A stretch of 62,023 nucleotides of DNA, the filler included, from Bonamia ostreae (taxonomy: Eukaryota): the NCBI GenBank assembly GCA_040357525.1. It is 27 parts of 27 records of this genome, joined end to end, with 100 filler letters (N's around TTAATTAATTAA, not from the genome) between each part and the next. Parts side by side here need not be neighbours in the genome. Positions count along the whole stretch, not along the records: positions 52,972 to 55,161 come from JBDODL010000986.1; positions 55,262 to 57,449 come from JBDODL010000987.1; positions 57,550 to 59,736 come from JBDODL010000988.1; positions 59,837 to 62,023 come from JBDODL010000989.1; 23 more parts are not named here. The stretch is one strand, 5' to 3'. Of the stretch, positions 53,179 to 62,023 are shown piece by piece. Position numbers and translations under genes: made by a program. Under the pieces are notes generated by a model. The model was not told the DNA's origin, made no database searches, and saw only the letters and a list, made by a program, of their open reading frames with translations. How positions within the stretch are numbered: position 1 is the stretch's first letter; each line of letters starts with the position of its first letter.

Positions 53179-53586
53179 ATGTCCGAAAGCACGAATGACA
53201 AAAAAACATTATTACAAAGTCCAAACATCAAAGTCTCTATAGAACGGCGCAAAAGCGCACAAGTTGAAAGATTGCGCATCGAAGAGACGTCGGGCCTCCC
53301 AGACCCGGAAAGAGAACTGGGATTTAAAGACTGTGAAATTGAACAGGAAAAACAACTATCCCGAAGAAGGAAATCCAACGAAATCGAGAAACGCTTGTTA
53401 AAAGGGCGAAAAGAGGATCCGACGAGAGATCCCCTTGTTGACCAAATTTTGCAGAAAGAACCTGGCATCAGTGTGGAAAAAATCACAATTCTAAACGAGA
53501 AAGGTAAGCCGCGGAGGAAAACGGTTTGCGTGGAAAGAGCAGTCGTTAAAAAAGGGAGAAGTTTTCGCCGTTTGAGCGAACAGTGA
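53179..53586 (+). CDS. Charged hypothetical protein (135 aa)
   Basis: Clean ORF with coding-like composition. Confidence 0.6.
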   Translation: MSESTNDKKTLLQSPNIKVSIERRKSAQVERLRIEETSGLPDPERELGFKDCEIEQEKQLSRRRKSNEIEKRLLKGRKEDPTRDPLVDQILQKEPGISVEKITILNEKGKPRRKTVCVERAVVKKGRSFRRLSEQ

Positions 53587-53969
53587 TTTCATTGTTAAAT
53601 TTAATTTTCGTTCCAAATTACAATCGGAGTTTATAACTAATCCATTTTTAGTCTATAAAGATTTAATAAAATCTCTCAATTTCACATTTCATTCTTTGTC
53701 GGATAAATTTCCTAAACGCAACGTCGACGATCCGTTTTCGTAAATAAGTCGTTTTTGCATTACAAATTCCTTTGACACATTTTCTGATATCAATTGTTAG
53801 CAAAAGTTTAAATTTTTTATCTTAATGGATAAAATGCAAAACAACATATCTTCGAAAACGGAACGTCGACGTACCTACAAAGGATGGAATGCAAAGTGGA
53901 GAGATTTGATTAAATCTTTAACTAAAAAAATTAATACAATAATAAGCAAAGCTTATAAATTAAAACGCG

Positions 53970-54730
53970 ATGGTCGACGAAACCGAAGAAAGTAAAGAAA
54001 ACAGAGGGAAAAACGGATTGACGAATGAAAAGAAAATCGTCATTCCCGCCGGGGTAATCCCGAAAATACAGTTCAGATTTAAATTTAAGTAACATTGTGG
54101 CTACTATGGATGTAGGCTGCCAGTTGGATTTGAAAGACATCGCTTGCAGGTCACGAGGAACAGAATATAATCCCAAAGTCATTATAAACTAAATTCGATA
54201 CTTTAAACTAGAGAAATAACTAAAATCCTAACTTTCAAAATTAGCGATTTGTCGGAGCTGTTATGCGAATACGAGAACCTAAAACAACCGCTTTGATTTT
54301 TTCGCAAGGAAAAATAGTTGTAGTCGGCGCCAAGACAGAAAAATCGATATATTTTGCTTCTCGTTTGTTCATTCGCATTTTAAACAAACTCGGTTACGCC
54401 GCAAAATGGCGCCCGGCTCATTTCAAATTCCGGAATTTTGTGGCTACAACAGATCTTCGCTTCCCTGTAAAACTGGAAGCGCTCGCATTCGAACGAGAAG
54501 ATTTCTGCAGTGTATTTATTTTTTTTGTCACAAAAATCAAATTTGATTTAAAAATTGCAAAGTACGAACCAGAAGTATTCCCGGGACTAATTTACCGAAT
54601 GGATTCGCCACATGTAGTTTTGCTCGTTTTTGTAAGCGGTAAAATTGTCTTCTGTGGCGCTAAGACGAGAGAGCAGATCTACAGAGCGTTCGAAAAGATT
54701 TTTCCAATTTTGGTCGAGTACCAAAAATAA
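53970..54730 (+). CDS. TBP: TATA-binding protein, 4 exons
   Basis: [58 protein letters not shown]. Introns at 54071-54089, 54178-54244 and 54512-54562. Confidence 0.96.
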
Positions 54731-55331
54731 TGTCATTTATAAATATTTTGCTTCGAACAATCTGTCATTCATCGATTTTTTAACCAATTAAACATACTTT
54801 TGTTTCCGGTGTCTCAATATAAATTTTTCAATGTAAATTTCTCGGTGCCTTCAATCGAAATTTCGCTCAATCGTTTACTTTATAAAGTTTTCGCTTTCGC
54901 CAAAACTTCTTTGTCAAGTTTTTTTATTTCTTAAAATCTACTACTCAAAAGCCCATTTAACTTTGTAAAATTAAATTATTAAATTTGTGGTTTAGTCAAC
55001 AATCAGTGCATTTAAGGTTACTTTTTTCAGTGCAGTTTTAAGATAAGAGCAAAATCTGCATTTTACTTTATTAAACAAATTTTGAACGTGTGTCCAAAAA
55101 TTAGCAAAAACCCAAAACGGCTACAATTTATCTAAAAATTTATCTAATTTCAACATGTATCNNNNNNNNNNNNNNNNNNNNNNNNNNNNNNNNNNNNNNN
55201 NNNNNTTAATTAATTAANNNNNNNNNNNNNNNNNNNNNNNNNNNNNNNNNNNNNNNNNNNNTCTTTATTAGTGTTATTGTTCCGCGTCCCAATCTTGTTA
55301 AAAAAAAGTTGCTAAAAACGTTAATAAAATA

Positions 55332-55658
55332 ATGGAGATCTATAGAATGTTGTACTTATCTATTCCTTTTGTATTTACTATGTCGTTGATTGCATTTGTA
55401 TTCTGGCAGTTGTTTAAATGTTATAATCGTAAAAAAAATTTGAAAATTGTCCCTATAAACAGCCTTGAAGATGAGGAAAGATGCCCTATTTGTCAAGATG
55501 AATTTAAAGAGGATGAGGGTATGACTGTAACTAAAACTACTTGCAATCATCATTTTCATTCTGAATGCATTAAAACATCTTTGACACATAATGGTGGATG
55601 CCCGACGTGTAGATTTGATTTGGAATTAGATATGGCACCCAATGAATTAAATTATTGA
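55332..55658 (+). CDS. Small TM + RING-H2 E3 ligase (ATL-like architecture)
   Basis: N-terminal TM, then CPICQDEF...CNHHFHSECI...CPTCR. Confidence 0.9.
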   Translation: MEIYRMLYLSIPFVFTMSLIAFVFWQLFKCYNRKKNLKIVPINSLEDEERCPICQDEFKEDEGMTVTKTTCNHHFHSECIKTSLTHNGGCPTCRFDLELDMAPNELNY

Positions 55659-56566
55659 CAAATTTTCTAGTGCAGTTGACGTTACTAAGTCAAACCCAAT
55701 CCACCCAAGTCTTTTCTAATGGGCCAAAAACTAATTTTTTCTTTTTCGAAAAACAAAACACCGTGTTGAACGTTTTCAAAATATTTTTCTTCGTTTAAAA
55801 AGAAATTTCTTGCTTTTCATTTAAAAACGGATCTTTAATCTTAAAAATGCGACCTCTTGGATTTTGTATCAAATCTTTTCGGAATTATAGAATGCAGCAA
55901 AAAATTATAAATTTCAGTTAATTTGGTTTCAGTCACTTCAATAATAATAATAACGGTCATGTTTTGCAAGTTCGTTAAAGTTTTAATCGATTTTTAAACA
56001 TGTTGGGAAATCTTTAAATCAAGGAAAACTTTAAAATTTTGTTTAACATCCGATAAAAAATTTTCACTATTTTCGCCATAAAAATTTTCCCAAATCAAAA
56101 ATAAAAAATTGAGGCCATTTTAAATATAAATTTCTTTATTGCTCTGAGAAATCGTTCCAACGAAGATCCTTTTCTACAACAAACAGAAACGAACGGATAT
56201 GTAAAACCAAAAGTAGTGTTGAGGCGAAAAGCGGGATCAATTTTCAGAAGATATTTTGAAAGCGATATAAAAATTATCTTTCCAAAGAAGATGTAAATTG
56301 AAAAGATTCTATAAAATCGAAAGCGCTAGAATCGATAAATAAATGTACTTCTTGAGGAGGACAGACATCCTACGAAAAATAAGTTTCGCAATGTTGTCCA
56401 AACAAGAATTAAAAATAAACATTTAACAATTAACACAAATAATATTTAACGACGACATGAACAACATTATGTTTTTGCATTTAAGATTTTAATAAATTGC
56501 AAACTGCTGAACAAACATACTAAATTTAACCATAAATTAATTAAAGTTCCTTTCCTAAAATAGATA

Positions 56567-57169
56567 ATGGACATAATCGACACATTTATACCTGGATTTT
56601 CAGATCAGACCAAAAGTGTGCTGCGAATGGATTTAAGACGCGTTTTTGAAAATTAAAAAAAAGCAAATTTTGAAGATTTTGGCTTTTGCAGTAACTTTCA
56701 TGTCCGCTTTTCTATTCTGGAAATTTTCAATGGCTTTGACCGGTTCCGACTCTCCCGGAGTCGTCGTTCTGACGTTTTCGCGACAACATTTAGTCAATCG
56801 ATGGAGCCCGGTTTCTACCGCGGCGACATTTTGTTCGTCGTCGGCCCAAAGAATCTGCGCGCCGGCGACATCGTCGTTTTCCAGACGGCCGCGAACGACA
56901 TTCCGATCGTGCACAGATTGATGGAAATCAGAGAAACGCCGAATGGTCGGACCTATCTGACGAAAGGCGACAACAACAAAGTGAACGACCGCGGACTGTA
57001 TTCAAAGGACCTCTGGTTTCTGTCGGAAGAGCACCTGCAAGGCAAGATCGTTGGTTACATCCCGAATCTTGGCTACATCACAATCATGATTAGTTCCACT
57101 CCGACTTCGCGCGCGCTGGCGTTCGCGCTAATGGGCGTTTATTACATCTTTTCGAGGGAAGAAGAGTAA
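56567..57169 (+). CDS. SEC11: Signal peptidase complex catalytic subunit, 3 exons
   Basis: SPGVVVLT|QSMEPGFYRGD, IPIVHR and LTKGDNN..DRGLY. Introns at 56642-56663 and 56774-56793. Confidence 0.95.
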
Positions 57170-57204
57170 ATTACTGTTATGTTCAAACAAACGATATTTT
57201 GTAC

Positions 57205-57449
57205 AACGCCATTTTTAAATAGTCTTTGCGGCTTAAACGTAAAATGTTTATTGATAACGAGAACAAAAATATTGACGAGCGGAAATTTTAATTAGGATTA
57301 ACGCCATTTTTAAATAGTCTTTGCGGCTTAAACGTAAAATGTTTATTGATAACGAGAACAAAAATATTGACGAGCGGAAATTTTAATTAGGATTAACGCC
57401 ATTTTTAAATAGTCTTTGCGGCTTAAACGTAAAATGTTTATTGATAACG
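57205..57449. repeat. 95-nt perfect tandem repeat (about 2.6 copies) 3' of SEC11
   Basis: The unit starting AACGCCATTTTTAAATAGTC begins at 57205, 57300 and 57395. Confidence 0.95.
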
Positions 57450-57639
57450 NNNNNNNNNNNNNNNNNNNNNNNNNNNNNNNNNNNNNNNNNNNNTTAATTA
57501 ATTAANNNNNNNNNNNNNNNNNNNNNNNNNNNNNNNNNNNNNNNNNNNNTGTTGTAACAATAAAATTGTCTGTTTGTGTTCCAAACAAAATATGTTGTAA
57601 CAATAAAACTTCATATTTTTGTTTCAAAATAAAAACAGC

Positions 57640-59650
57640 GCAACAAAAAGTAATGAAAACACGAAAGAAGAGACAAAAAGATTTTTAGTAATAGATCTTC
57701 AAGCAAATTCACTACAATCTTTGTTTGCGACAATAAACAATTGGATTGAAAGATTGGAAAATGTTTTTACGGAAAACGTTGTTACATGTGCAAACGGAAA
57801 AGTACTTAAATACATTTTATCACGAAAAAATGACGATTTCCAATTAACAAAACAGGCACTTTTTGCATTTTAATAGTACAGACACCAAAACCTGAATTTT
57901 AAAAATTGAACAATTGCATTTTTTTTAGTTTTTGAGATTATGCGTCTTAAGCAAATCAGTTATTTGCAGTAGAGTATCACCGTTGCAAAAAGCACAAGTT
58001 GTCAAAATAGTGAAAAGGGGTTATAACAATAAAGTTGTTTTGGCAGTTGGGGACGGCACAAACGGTTCAAAAATGCATTATTACTTTTTTAACATTGTTA
58101 CATGTTTGAAGATGTAGCAATCGAATAGTGTTGCAATGATAAACATTATTATATATTTCAAAGATGTGCCGATGATAAAAGAAGCGAACGTTGGAATAGG
58201 TATTTCGGGGAAAGAAGGAAACCAAGCGGTTATGGCGGCTGATTTCGCTCTAAGCGAATTTCAAATGCTCCAAAAGTTATTGTTGGTACATGGCTCTTGG
58301 AGCTACCGCAGAGCAACAAAGTTAGTGCTCAACTATTTGCACAAAAACTTTGTTCTCTCTGCAAATTATGTTTTTTATGGTAACAACGATTATCTTAAAA
58401 ACGGTTTGAAATTTAACGTTTTCATAATTTTTTCATAACGGATAAAAAGATTATTTTTTTAATAGACGAAATTTAAAATTCTCAAAACTAAGCACTCCTT
58501 CAAAACAGAAATGTTAAACGGAGCTATTTGATAAAATTTGTACATTTAGAAAACAACAAATTGTCAATAAATGATTAAAAAATGGTAATAATTGCAAAGT
58601 TTCTTTACACGCTGCAATCTGGTTGGTCGGGCACATTTTTTGCAAATTCGATAACAATGTCCTTGTTCAATTCCGTTTTTACTGCTTATCCGCTTCTCTT
58701 TGCCAGCGTAATCGATCAGTTATTTTTGTTTTGTTATTGTGTTTTGAAATGTTTCGTAATCGACATTTTTGCGATAATGACAAAAGTACTTTTGTTGCTT
58801 TGCTATCAATGTTTTGGTAATAAAGATGTTATTCAGCAAAAATGGCGATTCGGGAACCGATTCTTTACAGAGATGGCCCGAACAACAAAAATTTGAATTT
58901 TTGGCTGTTTTTGAGAATAGTTTTGTCTGCAGTGCTAGAAACTGTCGTTATAACGACAACAACTTGTTTTTTTCTTGGACTGTCTTCTTCTCCTTTTTCT
59001 AATGGACAAAGTGTAGACAGTGCTATTATAGAAGATGCCAATATCACAATCATTGTTTTTAGTATTGCAACAATAAACTTTCAAACATATCTTTTATCAT
59101 GTAACAATTTTATTGCAGTTTTATATGTTAACGATTCGGATGGCAATGGAAACAGATACATGGATCTTTATTAATTTCACTCTTTTTTTGGTTTCAATAA
59201 TAGTTTTCAATGTCTGGATGTTTGTCTATTCGATTGTTACACCGGAAGTAAAGTACAAAGGAAATGCTTTAAGACTCTTTTCAATGTTGGAATTTTGGAT
59301 TTCTCTTTTTTTCTGCGTTATTATCTGTAATGGTTGTGAATTATTGTTCCGATAGTTTTTCAAATTGCAAGAATTTAAAATTATTAACTCTTGAATTTAA
59401 AGTTTTTGCAGATATTCAAAGAAAACTGTTGTCGGATATAAAATTATTCAAGAATTGGAAAAAGTTTGGAAAAAAGTTTTAAAAAATTAAGACAGAACAC
59501 AAAACAACAAAAATCGAAAAAATTTTACGAAGAAAAAATGTTTTTTGGATTTTGACAATTTAATTATTTTAATTTAAAGAAATAACAGAGATTTTCAAAA
59601 TTATGGACAATCAAGTGTTGAATAGATGAAAAGTCAAATGTCGGAGTAAA
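57640..59650 (+). CDS. P4-ATPase phospholipid flippase, C-terminal part, many introns; ends approximate
   Basis: VICSRVSPLQKAQVV, LAVGDGTN|DVPMI, GISGKEGNQAVMAADF and LLVHGSWSYRR. Confidence 0.93.
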
Positions 59651-59836
59651 TTATTTTCAAATAAACAAACCACTTTAAAATATAATTATTTTTTATTGTT
59701 GCGGATTAGAAATCTATTATCATTTTTCTTATCAATNNNNNNNNNNNNNNNNNNNNNNNNNNNNNNNNNNNNNNNNNNNNTTAATTAATTAANNNNNNNN
59801 NNNNNNNNNNNNNNNNNNNNNNNNNNNNNNNNNNNN

Positions 59837-62023
59837 CAATCAATTTCAAATTTTTGCATTTCATTAAAGCGGGAGAAACATCGGCCAAATCTTGAAATTC
59901 GGTCGAACTCAATTTCTTTTGAATTCGCTGAACCAATTTTAGATTTATCGCCAAACTTCGTTCGACCGCATCTGCTCTTCTTCCCAATTGAGCCTTTTTT
60001 ATAAAATCAAAGGCCATTTCAAAATCTGCCGCAAACGCTTGTTTGAACTTCAATTCGTAACTTGTCTTCGGAGACTTTCAAAAAAAATTTTTGTCAAATT
60101 TTATAAAAATGTTTTGAATAAAAACAGCTTCGATTACGAGTTTGTAGAATTTTGCCACTTTTTTGTCGAAAAGGTCAAATTTCTTTTCCGACAAATCGTG
60201 GGACGCTTCCAAAAGTTTTTCTGCGCAAATCTCTGGCCACGGAATGGCAACGCGAATCAATTCATCGCTTACCAACATTGCTTGTTCTGCCAATTCTGGG
60301 TCTCTCGCTAAATTTATCAAAATTTTTTTATTAAATCGTTTTTAAAGTTGGTCAAAATTGCTATTTCAAAATAGTTCGTCGAAACCTTTCATTCTCGAAA
60401 AAACAAATAATGCGGAAGACTTTCTAGACATTTTCTCTGATTTCGTGGCTACTGTTACTGGATACATTAGAGATTGAGGATGCGTTTCGCTAATCTTTTT
60501 TATTTTTTGGGATTAATTGAAAATATTTTGTGTCCAAAAAATTGCTTCGTTTATTTAATTTTGCCAAAAATGGCGAACGAAAAAAATCGAAACAAAAATG
60601 GCGAACGAAAAAAAATCGAAACAAAAAATGACGAACGAAAAAAAATGGCGAACGAACAAAATCGAAACAAAAATTGGAGGACAAAAAACATGAATGAGCA
60701 AATCCCTCACCAACTTCTGCTCCCCGCAATTTCCGTCCATTATCCGCGCGATTATCTGCGGGATGACATTCAGCCAAATATCGACACTCACTTCTTTGAA
60801 CCCTTTTTCCAGTTCTTCTTGAACTTCCTTTTGCTGGCTGCTCCCAAACAACAAATTGATCACTCTCAACGCGTCTTGAAAGGTGCCAAAATTACGTCCA
60901 CCCTTTTCTCCCAGAGAGAACGACTTGAAAAAGTTTCTGGCAGCCAAGACGCAATGCTTCTCCGCTTTTTTGGATTGTTTCAGAGCGTCGAAGAAAGAAG
61001 CGGTTTTGTAGTGCATTAGAGCAAGCGAATGGAACGCCTTTTGGTTTTCCGGGTTCAGTTGAGTGGCTTGTTCGAAGAGAACAAGGATTTCTTCGAGTTC
61101 TTAATTTTCAATTTTTTGATAAATTTTTTATTTTATTGTTTTTATATCAATTTTGTGCCAAAATTTACTGTTATTTTTGCAAATTTTATCGTTTTTCTGT
61201 AATTTTTTGCTAATTTTATGCCAAAATTTACTGTTATTTTTGCAAATTTTATCGTTTTTATACCATTTTTTGCTAATTTTATGCCAAAATTTACTGTTAT
61301 TTTTGAAAATTTTATCGTTTTTATACCATTTTTTACAATTTAAAAATCTACAAAAACACCCAAAAAAAACTTTGACTTTCCTTTTCCGTCAACTCACCAT
61401 TCCCCTCAAATTCCGTCTCTCGAAAATTACTCTTCTTTTCTCTCACCACCGATTCCATCTTTTCCAGAACACTTTTTCCGTTTTCCGTCGCTCGGTGAAA
61501 CAAACACTTCGATTTCAACACCTTCTCACCAGAACTCAATATCGACGCCAATTCGGCGTACAGTCGACTGTAATGAGGGTAACCGTTCACCCTCAAATGC
61601 TTTATAAAAGCGTATTTAATCGAGCTATTTCCTTTTGTGGAGAAAATGGCCTCGATATCATTGTCGTCGAATGAATTTTTGCGGAGCAATTTGTTGATGA
61701 TGTTGAACGATTTGGAGTTTTGGCCTTTGGTTCGGCAGATTGAAGCGAATTCTAAGTACATTTTGGTTTCTTCCGTCGGCAAAGTTGTCAAAGAGTGGAT
61801 GTCGAGAAGTTGTTGCCACGTCTTTTATATAAAAATTTAAGATTTAAAGAACATCGACGTCTCTTTGGCAACCCAAAATGCGTTTTTTCCAAACACTTTT
61901 AAGTTTGTCCTTTTCTTTGTTCAATTGTTTTGCGCTTAAGTTCAATTGAACCAATTTCTTTGGAATTGAATTTTTGAAAAATGGTTTTTAAAAACTTTAA
62001 AATTGATGGTTTCCTCCAGTTCG
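59837..62023 (-). CDS. TOR: TOR kinase, FAT-FRB region, internal fragment
   Basis: YLEFASICR, QDALRVINL, WLNVIPQIIARI, LVSDELIRVAIPW and DVSPALMKCKNL. Confidence 0.92.

Noticed and set aside
55660-56470. Possible spliced minus-strand gene between the RING protein and SEC11
   Set aside because: It looks partly coding, but I could not build a consistent exon chain or recognise a motif.
61153-61674. Repetitive hydrophobic ORFs (also 44523-44969, 6903-7259, 60474-61019)
   Set aside because: These are translations of intronic minisatellites, poly-A/T tracts or the antisense strand of real genes.

Overview
This window is not one locus. It is 27 unrelated ~2.2-kb contigs, sorted by decreasing length (2221 to 2187 nt) and joined by an artificial 100-nt spacer (44 N + TTAATTAATTAA + 44 N), so adjacency across spacers is meaningless. 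About 21-22 contigs come from an AT-rich, compact, intron-rich protist using the standard genetic code. It is most consistent with a haplosporidian oyster parasite such as Bonamia (inference). Four contigs look like non-coding oyster host DNA, carrying a Cg170/HindIII-like repeat and a bivalve SINE. One contig is an intronless repetitive ORF of unclear origin. Manual splicing recovers RME-8-like, PPWD1, ATP synthase OSCP, G-alpha, RBM8A, UBC12, CDC16, mL43, MND1, a ZIP transporter, DHX16, SF3B4, PFDN6, CMC4, PSD, RPC5, MAT, RAN, TBP, SEC11, a P4-ATPase, TOR and two kinases. The strongest signal is the intron system: many 19-27-nt GT-AG introns with GTT donors and A-rich AAG/TAG acceptors lacking a pyrimidine tract, alongside introns inflated by minisatellites. 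Other highlights are a TOR FRB domain missing the rapamycin-pocket aromatics, an OSCP with a large insertion, meiotic MND1 and two candidate structured RNAs. All homology calls are from recognised motifs, not database searches.
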